Shown here: positions 11,941 through 24,985 of the stretch, piece by piece
Position numbering within the stretch: position 1 is the first letter of the stretch
How the letters are laid out: each line of letters begins with the position of its first letter
DNA from: Octopus bimaculoides
Lineage: Eukaryota
Length of the DNA stretch: 64,000 bases
Assembly: GCF_001194135.2 (NCBI RefSeq)
Contig: NC_068983.1
Location: 127,100,477 to 127,164,476 of the forward strand
Reading direction: 5' to 3'
Position numbers and translations under genes: made by a program
The notes under the pieces: generated by a model
The model's database searches: none
Told to the model about the DNA's origin: nothing
Seen by the model: the letters and a program-made list of their open reading frames with translations, nothing else

Positions 11941-13496
11941 ATCTCTTTTGCAGTAGTCGGCGCTGTGTCTAACACGACCCATAATCTGATATGTTGACAC
12001 CTCCTTCAGGTTTGTTGTCCTACATCACTCATAAGAAAATTTGGAGGGACTGTGGTTGTTCATTCCTGGGTAACAGGGAACCTAGGAGGTGATAGACTTG
12101 CGCTTGAACTTTGACGTCAGCGTAAATTCATGTTTATCGATCTTAGATGCATGAAATGTTGTCATTCGCAGAGTTGAATTGACTGATGTTCTGAAAATCC
12201 TTTGACTGAATGGAAATGCATTCTAGAAGATCCATAAGAGGTTGAGAAGTAGCTGGTAGTGCCAGCAATGTTATCTGACCGCAGCACATACCATTTGTTT
12301 CATTTGAAAATTTTAAGGCTCTACAGAAAAGACAATTTGTGTTTACGCACCAATTTGGATAGAGTTATTATTTTTTATAAGAATGGGATGGACCGTATCT
12401 GGAAACAGCTTCAGGAGTTGTGAAGAACGAATTTGTACGTAGTCTGTTCTTGAGAGCTATTCTATTGGACCTCTGTCTAATCAGTAAAACATTGATTTAA
12501 TGATCCAGCATTAAGTGCTGCAACATCCTTTTGTTGACCTTGAGAAAATCTCTCTAACTTCACTCTTCAGACTCTCGCCTTCGGTTTTCTACAATCCTCC
12601 TTACTTTATACGTGTGTCTGGAGAGATTACATGTTTTCTTTGGTTGCATATTTTCCCAATATTATAAACAAAAAAGTATCATCATAGAAAGAAATTAAAC
12701 ACTAATCACTATTTTTGTACGCAGTTGTATCCGCAAAAGATTTTATTTGAAGAGAGCAGAAATTGAAAGAAGAGAATGCAAAAAGGAAGAGAAAGATGTG
12801 TAGTAAAATGACTGACTTCTCTCTTTTCGTACTTCTTAGAAGGCTCCAGCAATCCGATATTTTTGGAATAAGCTTTTGACCAATTCACATGCACTTAAAG
12901 GCCACGGATTGCCGGGCATACAGATATTACTGAGATAGACCCACCTTTATTTTAACCAATTTGTTTGCGGTTTTCGTGGAATGGACTTATGAGTTAGTAA
13001 ACTTAGTTGGTTTCGATCGTTTTTATTTCAATCGGTTGGAGTCTGTAATTCGTTTATGTTCATATGCTAAATATATATTCTGATCCATATTACTAGCTGG
13101 TTGTTATATTACTATTGTTACTTCCCTCCGGAAGAGGTTTGAACTTTTTAATAAACCGTTTTTCTTTTATCTTTCTTCCAACCTCACTTCTGTCATGTGG
13201 AAAGGAAACATTAGAAACATTCTCTGGCCACATATTTCTGTATGTTCGCCCAATGGAATTTGGCGAACATTAGCGTTCCGGATTTATTGTTTGAGGACTC
13301 GTGAACGTTCCGATAATGCACTCCGTGTTCTGCCAATATGGTTCCTCGCAATTCGGGCATTTAATGCAGTAGATTAAATTTCTACTTTTGCAATTCATAT
13401 CTGCATTTGCGAAAATCTGTCCATTTTTTTAACATTATTTACATTATTTACATTAACTACATGCGACGAATATTTGTCATCATCTTCTTTGTTGTT

Positions 13497-13542
13497 AGCA
13501 CAACGTTTCGGCTGATATACCCTCCAGCCTTCTTCAGGTGTC
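13497..13542 (-). ncRNA. minimal type I hammerhead ribozyme, family A copy 1
   Basis: Minus strand: GACAC CTGAAGA A GGCTG GAGGGTATAT CAGCC GAAA C GTT GTGCT. Intact core, perfect 5-bp helix II, palindromic ACGU helix III, GUU cleavage triplet. Helix I has 3 Watson-Crick pairs, then an A-C mismatch. Confidence 0.75.
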
Positions 13543-13593
13543 CTGCGGAAAATTCGAACCTGGGTTTTCATTCCTAAGGTATTTTTCGATGTT

Positions 13594-13629
13594 ATCATCA
13601 TCATCATCATCATCATCATATCATCATCA

Positions 13630-13721
<92 letters not shown>

Positions 13722-13775
13722 GTTATTATTATTATTATTATTATCCTCCTCCTCATGATCATTATCATCATCACC
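13594..13775. repeat. (ATC)n/(ATT)n microsatellite
   Basis: Direct reading of the sequence. Confidence 0.95.
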
Positions 13776-13983
13776 GAAGTCGATAAAATTAATATTAGTT
13801 GCAAACTGGGGTCGATGTAACTGATTTAACTCCTCCTCGAAATTATTGAACTTATGCTAAAATTCTAATCTAATATATGTATCATTTGTTTGTACGTAGA
13901 TATACATATTTATACATGCAGTCACACACACATACACACTCACACAAACGGACGCGCACACGCGCGCACATATATATATATAC

Positions 13984-14032
<49 letters not shown>

Positions 14033-14269
14033 NNNNNNNNNNNNNNNNNNNNNNNNNNNNNNNNNNNNNNNNNNNNNNNNNNNNNNNNNNNNNNNNNNNN
14101 NNNNNNNNNNNNNNNNNNNNNNNNNNNNNNNNNNNNNNNNNNNNNNNNNNNNNNNNNNNNNNNNNNNNNNNNNNNNNNNNNNNNNNNNNNNNNNNNNNNN
14201 NNNNNNNNNNNNNNNNNNNNNNNNNNNNNNNNNNNNNNNNNNNNNNNNNNNNNNNNNNNNNNNNNNNNN

Positions 14270-14302
<33 letters not shown>

Positions 14303-15469
14303 TAAAAAGGCAATTGTCTTAAACAAAAGTAATAGTAAATTATCTACTAAAATTTCATTTCAAAAATATTTCTGACAAACGTTATTTTATTCAATTTGAA
14401 TATCATGTTTTGCGAAAATGTTTCTACACTGCTTATTCATTTCATCGGAATTGCAGTATATCCTACAACAGCATTAAAGTAAGACTAACATTTTATGTCA
14501 CTTCAATCCACCACATAAAGTTTTACTCTCATGAGAACATTGGTTGTTAGACTATTGAACTAAAGCAAATTGAAATTTTTCACATTTCAGTACGTTAAAC
14601 ATTATAACACTTTTTGAACATGTAAAAGAGATTTCGCTCTCATTTTCGATTCTCTCCTATATATCGCTGTTATATAAGGTTTTATTATTCAATAACATTA
14701 AAAAAAAAAGACAGGGCAATGAATTTATATTGTATATATTCAGGTAAACACACAAAAGTGTGCGCTCGCAAGCACTCATACATATACGCACGAAAATCTC
14801 TGTGTGAGACATTTGTTTATTTAAAAAACAAATTTTTTATAGGCCCTGTATGTTCCGCTAAGACCGGGTTAGTTAATGATATGCTTCATACACTGCAGGC
14901 TAACATGTTCATTTTCAATAAGATCTACAAACGAAAGCCAGGAGTGTGTCAGATACTCATCGCAGACAGGAAGTAAAATGTAGGTCTATAACACGACTCA
15001 TGCACATAAATGCAGCGATTCGAACAGGTATCCATAGATCCTGGATCTCGACTACAGAATTTCTTTTCAGTAATTGCAATTTAACTTAGGCCACTGGGGA
15101 GAATGGATTAATTATTTGCGAGCAAGAATAATTAGAATCCCTCACATTGTTTTATTCATGTTTTAGTACTGGCGAGTTTTCAGATCAAGTGTAAGACAAT
15201 CATTGGGAGAACGGGTCATCAGAAATAGCAAGAGAATGCAAGTTCTAAAATGTCATGAGTGTTAATGTTGTGCATGCTTACCGAGCGATCGTTTAACCTC
15301 TAGCATTGAAAAGCAAAATGATATTCCGCACTAAATAGAAGAGACACCGTGACTCGAGAATGGATACGTCTGTTTATAGCTTGTGATAGATTGCGGTGGT
15401 GAATAACAGCTGAACTAGCATGCAGTTTTTAAAGTGAATTACTCATATATAACTATGTTAACTTGAACA

Positions 15470-15501
<32 letters not shown>

Positions 15502-15677
15502 ATTATAGTATATTCTATTATGAACGTAGTAGAGTAGGATATAAAACTCGTCCACGTTCAGATTTACCCTGTACTGTCTAGTAGTTGTATTATACGTATT
15601 ACCAAGTTTGCGTCTAGGCATCTATCATGTATGAATAGATAATTGAAAAAATTGGAAGAAAGAAGAAGGGATAAGGC

Positions 15678-15813
15678 TGGACATTTATTTTTGAATAACT
15701 GCAATTGTTTCCATGCAGCGTAGTTCCCCAGGCGTGCAGGTATGCAGATACTGCACATCTGGAGATCTACGTTGCGCTGGAGACAATTGTAGTCATTAAA
15801 AAATAAATGTCCA
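15678..15813. repeat. 136-bp foldback hairpin / MITE-like inverted repeat
   Basis: TGGACATTTATTTTTGAATAACTGCAATTGTTTCCATGCAGCGTAG pairs with CTACGTTGCGCTGGAGACAATTGTAGTCATTAAAAAATAAATGTCCA. The centre also folds (CCAG/CTGG, GTGCA/TGCAC, GTAT/ATAC). Confidence 0.75.
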
Positions 15814-17124
15814 CCTCCAGTTGACTCCAATTTTTTAAATTATATTTATATATATATATATATATATNNNNNNNNNNNNNNNNNNNNNNNNNNNNNNNNN
15901 NNNNNNNNNNNNNNNNNNNNNNNNNNNNNNNNNNNNNNNNNNNNNNNNNNNNNNNNNNNNNNNNNNNNNNNNNNNNNNNNNNNNNNNNNNNNNNNNNNNN
16001 NNNNNNNNNNNNNNNNNNNNNNNNNNNNNNNNNNNNNNNNNNNNNNNNNNNNNNNNNNNNNNNNNNNNNNNNNNNTATATATATATATATTTATATAATG
16101 ACTACAATTTTCATTATGTATATGGTCCACCTCCATTATGTATACAGTCCACCGCCAGTGAAGGACGTGGTATATTATATATACATGTAAGTGTAGAGGT
16201 AGATCGGATTTTCCTTAAGTAAATCAGAGAGGATGGTAGGATAGTAATCCATGCTGAGGGAAAACAGATGTTAGGAGTACCCAAGTTGAGCCAACCTTTT
16301 CCCCCGAAGCACTACTGGATCAACTACTGTTTCTTATTACTGTATAACCACATTCAATGTTTAGCCTTCAATCAACAAATGGAGCACATCGAAATATAAA
16401 GAGCTATAAGTGGGATAAAAATGAATAAATGGAAATATAAGTAAAAAATATAAATAAATAAGACAAACCAAAATCAATAAATAGAAATTAAAATTAAGAC
16501 AAATATATATATAATATAACATGAACAAACACATTCAGTCAATTCATAGCATAGGAGTATCGATTTCATGAATATATATGATTAACTTAATATTTAAATG
16601 GCGCGAATATACAGACCGGAACAATTCTCTATCTCTTCTGTGTATGACTTCAAAGGACATCTTTTTTTTGCGTTTTCAACTCGTTACCACAGCGGAATAC
16701 AAGCCAAGTTCAATCTCCCTGCTTATAATTTTAATTTGAGTAATGGCTTATATTAGTAAGCATTTCCAAATCATGTTGCATTGCATTTTTTACTGTTTTA
16801 GGTCACACATATGGGCCGCGAATGATGTGCATTGCCTTTTCGAGTTACTTCTAAATGACACCGTATCCTTCTTCCAACGTTTCTTGAAGCTCTCGGTTGT
16901 TGCACATGTATACATATGCTCTTGTTCTTACAGTACGTTTTTACATAATGTTTGAGTTACACTGCGTACAAATGATATCAGAAATTGAAAAGGTGGAATG
17001 AGGGACTTACGCGTACAACAGCGGTTTCAAAACGCTTGTTGGTCCAATATAATGATTGTAAATTGATTCCATCATCGGATAATACTGGCCTCCTTTTCCA
17101 TGGAAGAATTTTACATCTGAGATG

Positions 17125-17189
17125 TTTGCTCGACAAAAGGCGGTGCTCTAGCATGGCCGCTGTCAAATGACTGAAACAAGTAAAAGAGA

Positions 17190-17190
<1 letters not shown>
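17125..17190 (+). mobile_element. 3' fragment of SINE family 1
   Basis: TTTGCTCGACAAAAGGCGGTGCTCTAGCATGGCCGCTGTCAAATGACTGAAACAAGTAAAAGAG matches the 3' end of the 28143-28532 copy. Confidence 0.85.
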
Positions 17191-17227
<37 letters not shown>

Positions 17228-17228
<1 letters not shown>

Positions 17229-17583
17229 TGCATAAGCGGGAGGTGGAAATATCACAGAAGTAAACCTACGACATTACAATTTAAGAAGGAATGTAATAAA
17301 ATGGTTTGAAAATTATATAAAAATAATATTAGCGGTTTCGAAAAAAAATTTAAGTAGAAACAGTTTATCTTCTATCTGAGGGGGCAAAATCAAGTCTGAC
17401 AGAAGATAAACTGTTTTTACTTCAATTTTTTATAAATATTTAGTGACATTTCATAAGATGAGATTCACCATTGAAACCGGTAATGTTTTCTTTATATAAT
17501 TTAATTATTTTATTAAATACCTTCTTAAATTGATATGTCTTACATTCACTCCTGTTCTGTTACCGCCTCCATCTTTTATGTAT
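17228..17583. mobile_element. foldback MITE with long degenerate inverted arms
   Basis: Inner IR 17352-17373/17401-17422 (1 mismatch in 22 bp), middle IR 17310-17341/17471-17502, outer IR (AATTTAAGAAGG, GGAGG(T/C)GG) to ~17228/17583. About 50 bp is unpaired in the right arm. Confidence 0.7.
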
Positions 17584-17689
17584 AAAAATTTGATTTGTAT
17601 ATTAGTTCATAGTAATTAGGAAATGGTAGTTTAAATACTGCATCAAGAAGTTGTGGCCATGATACTGATTTGAGCCGATTGAAGATACA

Positions 17690-19050
17690 TGTTGTACATG
17701 ACGCTAAAGCTGTGATGTTCCTGCCTGGGTCACTTGGTACAGGACCTCTTGCAGGTTGTAAATTCACTGTTGATCCATGGGGAAATGATTCGCGAACAGG
17801 GAAGTTGCCTGCTGCGTTGTGTACGTGGATATGTTGACGTTAGGGCGATGGTGGCGACGTAATTAGAGTTTGCTGAATGCTATTAGACGAAGTTGGTGAG
17901 CCACAACGTAGCTTCTGTGGTAGCGTGTTGTCTGGCGCCGTCAATGGAGCTGGCCGAGTTTACGTGATCAGTGGCTTGACTTTAAAAGGTAAGTGATCAA
18001 AGACATGTATAGAGGAAAAAGTAAGGATTTTATTGAAAGTAGTAGGCCCCAAATATTGTTAGAAAATGTTGTTCTACGTGATCTTAGTCATGCGCGGTAG
18101 TTGGCGCAATCGAGTAAGAGATACATTGCGCCAATACCAACCATTAAGAGCAGTGGCCACAACGGGATCCAAATAGCGGCCAAAATCTATCTGGTAGATG
18201 CTACGTTCGAACGTACGTATATACGTAATCTACGCTAAAATAGTAGGGAGCGGTTGCCCAAGATGCCAGAATCCAGAAGTGGGACTCAACACCACGAAGA
18301 AGTTTTTAATCATTTGCTTAAGCATTGTTCTGCAATATACCTTTGTATATACAATATACTGTAAACTGTTTTCATCAAATATATTCTATAGTATATTAAG
18401 GCGTTTCCAACTCACTTGCGTTTTTCAACCAAACTGAAGCAAGGCAGGTTAAAAATAAATGATCACCGAATCATTTTGACGTTCATTGTTTATGTATTTA
18501 TACTAAATTAATAGAAGCTTGTGTATAACTCCTGCATATCACCATATCATTTCTTGAATGTTTTCTATGTACGAACAGAGAACAAATATACCTGTCGTTA
18601 TAGAAACTTATAAAAGACAGGTGACATCCTGCATAAGTATCGCGTCTGTCATGACTATGGCACTGCTTACACATTTTACATGTAAATCTAAAGCTTTACA
18701 AAAGTCATTCGGGATAAATAGAGAGTATCTCTGTTCTAGTTGCTCCGTACCCGCGCCACATCTTAACCGACTATCACTTTTTAACACCTCATCCCCTATT
18801 CTTGTTGTCATAAGTTCCTACACACCTCACAAAACATCCACTCCGGTCCCAAAACTCTTCCCTCTTCCCCAATACTCTAGGACACTCAGTTAAAATGTAC
18901 TAGTAATCTATTAGTCGTACAAGTCTGAATCACCAACTCCCCGCCTTACGTGCTGCAGTTAGTTCTTTCCTTTGTTTCCTGCTAGTTGTCGTACACTTTT
19001 GGTCCTCACCAAAACTTTTTCTCGCACAAGAGGCAATGACCGCAACTTTC
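17690..19050 (-). mobile_element. highly decayed LINE remnant (APE endonuclease-like and linker region)
   Basis: Minus-strand peptides resemble an APE domain (YWG..K..GTGV...ITTRIG...YSLFIPNDFCKALDLHV...ILMQDV) and a PWINSE..T.KR motif of the EN-RT linker. Many stops. Confidence 0.4.
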
Positions 19051-22000
19051 ACATTTCTGATTCATGCAAACTGAATCTCTATCTGCATCATCTATTTTTT
19101 TAAATGCTTTCAATGCCTCGCACATCTTATTATCCGATTTGTAATTGAGATATCAGATTCCTGTCATCTGTTTTGTAGACAAATCAACATTTTATCTGTT
19201 AAAGAGATTGTGCTTAAACAACCTATAGTAGTAGCAGTGCAAGTGATTTGATCCTCTTGATGCAACCTTACACAAACACATACGCAGAAGAACCTGGGCA
19301 TACATCAGCTCTACAGAGACATAAATGTATTCTCATTCACTCAGTATAGACCACGCTTCATCGGGTTAAATAAACACTTACGTTTTTTTATTTTGTTTCA
19401 AATCTAATTTAAATTTTCAAGTCGTCGATTGCCAGGTACTAGATATCAATGATGCGTTTGACATTGATAATTAAGATGGAAATAAGTTTTTTCTTTAAAA
19501 ATGCCCTGCAAAAATATATATAATTAAAATACCTTATTTAAGACTTTCCTATGCCAATAATCACACAGGATGCATTATAGTGATGTAATCAATATTTTAT
19601 GTTTACCCTAGAAATGCGTGTATACACCGAGCCACAAAGGGAAGATATAATGACCAAATGAATTGAATTACACATCAACTCATTCATCAGAAACGCATTG
19701 TTTTGTTAAGAGAGCCTGGGCAAAAATACCAGATTAAGATAAGTGTGTTTGATGTTGCATGTACCAACGTAATACATTTCGAAGACAGACACAATACAAG
19801 AAAAGCATGTTTTTGTTTGTGGTGTAGTAGTACGTTATAGCCAAAGCATATTGTAATCTAACATGCATTGTGTTTGTATTAGTAGTAAATAAGATCAGTC
19901 AACTAATTGAATGAGAATACGTTTCTGTATTTAGCAATTCGTATCAGTAACTATAGACAGATCTTAAACTTCCTGAATCGAATTCCTTTAATTTGAATGC
20001 AGTCTTATCAATGATAAGAGCCTGTGTGAATGGGCAATTCTTGCAGCAACGACATTGTATAAACATTAAAACATTGTAACACTGTACAATATATATAAAA
20101 TGGCACATATTTGTAAGTCATAAATTTCGTGATGTGAGAAATGGATACTCAACGACTGTCTGCCTCATCAGATTTGTTTGAATCCTTAATATAGATTGTG
20201 ATCTTAATTACTTTTGATAGGCGAATTCTAAAACATCGGAGCTTTCATCAGCTCTCTAACTCTCAGTTGTGATGCAATCCACGCTACACAGCAGCAATAC
20301 GAATAATTGTTTAATTCAGAATATTTAAGAACAATTATAAAAATACCTCACCGTGAACATGACGAGCGATTATTCTCTTTGTCATATTATATTACACATA
20401 TTGTATGTAAACAATACACGAGTTATATAAAGTTCCTAAAAATATATCATATGTTCAAGTTTGTTTAATCTTACTGAAACCTGCTTTCGTCTTTGAATAT
20501 ATTTCTACTCTACGCCCGTCATTGTCCTGTTTATATGCTTATGTTGAGCATTCACAAAGTTACTCTGATCACAAAATAAACTAATCTACTTTGTGGTACG
20601 TTAAGTATAAAGCCTTTTTCTCACTTATATAAACAAATATTTTTATTTTCAAGCACTGGAATTTTATTTTTGATTTCAACGGCATTGTATAAAACTTACA
20701 AATCTTCGGTGAAATAATAAGGAGAATGGATCATTTCTGACGTTAACTTCTTCCAGCACACAGCGATGCAAAAATAGAAAATTAACTTTTGAACCGAAAA
20801 ATTAATTGACAATTAGATATTTTAATTAGCATACAAAACTAATCTTTGTAAGTATATTATTTTTAATGATACATAAAAATAAACGGAACGCACATTACAT
20901 AAACATATTGGCTGACAGCTAGGGAAAATAACTGAATATTCTAATTTATTTGAGTACTTTATATCACTGAGGTCAAATGATAATCTGAAGAAATGACATA
21001 TTTCAATGTTTCTAGGATTCAAATACAATCCATCTATACAACATTCAACCATTGTTTAGATAAGCTCTACAAACATATCGACCTCAGAATAAACGCGTTA
21101 CATGTTCTATTCATACCAATGAATTATATATTACATGTATTATCTCCAATGGCAGAAACATCTACAAAGATAATAGATAATATATATACATAGATATTAT
21201 ATATTAATGGGGAAACATGCAAAAAATCTTTAGGAGAAACAATAGAATCCATCAGAGGAAAAGAATTCAGTTGCACAAGAATACAAATATTTTCATTTTG
21301 AAGCTTCTGCTTATCAATGACTGACAAAATGCCAATTAAAGTTTGAAAAGAATCAAAAGTCTTTCTTTAACGGTATTAATGGAAATGCTGGAATATTTGA
21401 ATTAATAAATCATACACAATATATAATTTATGAAGATTAAGCAAACAAATCTTCATTTTGCGTTCCATATGCGTTCTCTTCTACATCCTATTCTCTATCA
21501 ATATACCAGTTTTTCTCTCTCACTCTTCCTCATTCTTTCTTCCTCTCTGTCTATATATAATGTGTGTGTGTGCATGTATGCAAGTCTACATGAATAAAGA
21601 AAAGTGCATTGTTTTCACTCTTTAATTTTAAATATAACAATCATAAAGAGAGCGCTTCGCCATCAGCTGTTGAAATATTCATGTTGCAAATGGAATACTA
21701 TTAGCGTTTTAAAATCCTTAGCATCAAAATCACCTGTTTCTAATGCGATTACTTTTTGAAAATGTAATATTTGAAAATTACCTAAGTAATTCTGAAAATA
21801 GGGTCATAAATATTGAGAAATATTTCAGAATTCCTAATGCTTTTAAAACATTTCAACCTGCACTATAATATTATGCTCAATATTATATAATTTTTTTCTT
21901 ATTTATTATTTATGCTCTAGCAAAATTAGGTATTTCAAATGCATGGTTAAAACATTAAATTAAATATATTCAATCGAAACTCAAAACTTAAGTTCATATA

Positions 22001-22812
22001 TGTAAGTCTCATTCTTTCTCACCTCTTGTATCACTCTTTCTCTCTCTTTCTCCCTCTCTCTTCTTCCTTCTATCTTACCACAAAGACACACACAAACACG
22101 TGCGCATATTGGTAAATTTTGATAAATCATAATTTATTAAAATTTCACAGATTATGTTTTAAATTTTATTCATAAAAAAATTTTAAAAAGTAAGTATTGC
22201 ATTAAAGCGCTTCTACATTAAGTATCTATAATTTTATCAGCCATTATGCATAATAAGAGTAAAATGTATATGCACCTATATAAAAATAAAATACATATAT
22301 ATATGTATTATTAGGGTGACCTTATTTCGTATAGATAGAGCTGTAACCAATTTCCTCCCACTTTCTTTCGTCTATTTTTTAATTCCTTCTCTCTCACTGT
22401 CTCCCTTATTTTCCTCATTTCCCCTCCTTTTTCCCCACTCTTTCCACAACTTATGTTTTTATTTACTTTTCTACTTGATGTGCTGAATCCGACGCCGATA
22501 GCCTTTTTAATGGTCGCTCAATATTTTCAAGTAATCAACCGGCCGATTGAATAAGTAGAAAAATAAACGCAACCAAAATGCGTATCAGAAAGATTTGTAA
22601 ATGCCCAACGCACAAATAAGTAAATGTATGAAGCCCACTATGTATGCCTTTCTTTATACACACTTACATACATATAAACATACATACACGTATACATACC
22701 TATATACGTGTGCCTATATATATATATATCACCCCGGCCACTATCTGGCATATACAGGTGCTTACACTTATCATGTATTACTTCTAAAACTTACAATATG
22801 TATATATAAAGA

Positions 22813-22853
<41 letters not shown>

Positions 22854-23737
22854 NNNNNNNNNNNNNNNNNNNNNNNNNNNNNNNNNNNNNNNNNNNNNNN
22901 NNNNNNNNNNNNNNNNNNNNNNNNNNNNNNNNNNNNNNNNNNNNNNNNNNNNNNNNNNNNNNNNNNNNNNNNNNNNNNNNNNNNNNNNNNNNNNNNNNNN
23001 NNNNNNNNNNNNNNNNNNNNNNNNNNNNNNNNNNNNNNNNNNNNNNNNNNNNNNNNNNNNNNNNNNNNNNNNNNNNNNNNNNNNNNNNNNNNNNNNGAGA
23101 GATAGACCCTAAAATTTTGACTCGTTAAATTTAAAGAGGAAAAAACCTACAAAGAAATGCATATTTGAACATTCACTGCACAAGTGAGGCATACTGCAAT
23201 AATTTTTTGAAAGTGACAGTCGTTACAATATTGAAGTATAGTGATAAGTTAGTAAACAGATAAAATATCAGGTTCTCGACAGAAAAAATTACATTTATGT
23301 AACTGTTTTGCACATTGCTAAATCCTACATCAGAATTGAAAAACGAATTATTTAACATCACTTTAATATCTATTTTAAAATACGTTACTATTATCAACAA
23401 AATCAGACGGGAAAACAGGAAAATGGCAAGGGAAATATTTGCATTAATACTTATTAGGAAATTGACTAAAGTTAACAAACTAAATTGGTTGTAGAAAAAT
23501 TAAATATGTATTGGATGAGCAAAAATTATTTCAACAGTTAAAGGAATAATTTAAAAATTTGATCAACTAGATCTCTTTATAATAAACACAGTCTGAACTT
23601 CTACGGGAGGCGTTTAATCGATTACAAAGAATCCAAGACTCAGGTGTTGTATATTCCTGCAACTCCAAATGGACGAATGGCCAAGTTAATTCGGCAGAAT
23701 ACGAATTAGATCATAACGACGGGCGAAATGCTTCAAA

Positions 23738-23889
23738 GTGTAATTGCTATGTGATAAGAAATTTTACTTCCCAGCCACATGCTTCCAAGCTGACATCGAT
23801 CCTGTGTGCGGACATAGTCGGTGTACGGAAACTGAAAGGAGCACATCATACATACATACATACATACATACTTACATACGTACATACAT

Positions 23890-23935
<46 letters not shown>

Positions 23936-24330
23936 NNNNNNNNNNNNNNNNNNNNNNNNNNNNNNNNNNNNNNNNNNNNNNNNNNNNNNNNNNNNNNNNN
24001 NNNNNNNNNNNNNNNNNNNNNNNNNNNNNNNNNNNNNNNNNNNNNNNNNNNNNNNNNNNNNNNNNNNNNNNNNNNNNNNNNNNNNNNNNNNNNNNNNNNN
24101 NNNNNNNNTATATATATATCTGTGTGTGTGCATGCGTAGTAGCTTGCGTGTATTTTTGTGTGTATTTATGTTTGTCCCACAACAATGCTTAACAACCGGT
24201 ATTGGTTTGTTTCTTGTGTACGTCTAAGGAAATTAGCGTTTCGTCTAAAGAGACCGATAGAATAAGTTCATGTAAAAGAATTCAAGGTGGTGCCTCGGTA
24301 TGGCCGTAAAAGATAAACTGGAAAAGCATG
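23738..24330 (+). mobile_element. SINE family 1 copy spanning an assembly gap
   Basis: The 5' part (..TAAGAAATTTTACTTCCCAGCCACATG..GGAAACTGAAAGG) and 3' part (..GTTTGTCCCACAAC..AAAGAGACCGATAGAATAAGT..AAGGTGGTGC) flank expanded (TACA)/(CA) repeats and Ns. Confidence 0.65.
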
Positions 24331-24789
24331 TTGACTGGCGAGCTTAATGATTTTGCTAGCTCACTGCATTATATGACTCAGAAAATAATTATTTTCGTTG
24401 GAGCTACGTCTGTATTTTTTTTATTGTGAGTTAATATGTTTGTTATACCGACTCCAGTTCTCAAACTGCACTTACTTTCATGAGCCCGAGAAGATTAAAG
24501 GTAAAGCTGATGTGGGCGTAATTAAAACTCTCAGCGTAAAGAAACCTGGAATGCCGGTAAGCATTTTATTGGTTGTGCTGATAACTTTGCAAGATCGAGT
24601 TATTATAAAGTGAACATGGATGTGATATTAAGAAACATGTATTTACATACATAGAATAATTATAAGTTGGATTTCGATTGTGAACCTGTCTCTTTCTCTA
24701 TAGATGTGACACGAGACTTCAACTTACGCCTTATGGTATGAATAGAATAATAATGACTGTGTTATTTTACACATAATATGATAACGACT

Positions 24790-24985
24790 TCAAATTTTGT
24801 CACAAGGCCCCAAGTTTTGGGCGAGGGAGTATATACGTTACATCGACCCCAGTGCGCAAGGGATAATTATTTTATCAACACTGAAACGATGAAACGCCGA
24901 ATCGACATCGCTGTAGTTTGAACTTAGATCGTAAAGATGGACGAAATGCTAACAATTTTGCCCGGCATACTAATGATAATTTATA
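24790..24985 (-). mobile_element. SINE family 2 copy (diverged)
   Basis: ACATCGACCCCAGTG..TTTTATCAACACTGAAACGATGAAA..TTTGAACTTAGATCGTAAAG is homologous to 4040-4185. Confidence 0.75.

Larger units (their letters stand above)
13430..13775 (-). mobile_element. interspersed repeat carrying hammerhead family A downstream of an (AAT)n tract (Penelope-like or retrozyme-like)
   Basis: About 130 bp around the ribozyme is clearly homologous to 38380-38510, and both copies abut an (ATT)n tract on the same side. Confidence 0.6.

Noticed and set aside
19655-19692. Minus-strand CTGATGA followed by a 9-bp stem
   Set aside because: The stem is followed by TTGG rather than GAAA, and there is no helix III.
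21117-21161. Possible 45-nt minus-strand exon (TAG|..|GTATGA; MFLPLEIIHVIYNSL)
   Set aside because: Weak polypyrimidine tract and no recognisable peptide; such matches are common in AT-rich DNA.
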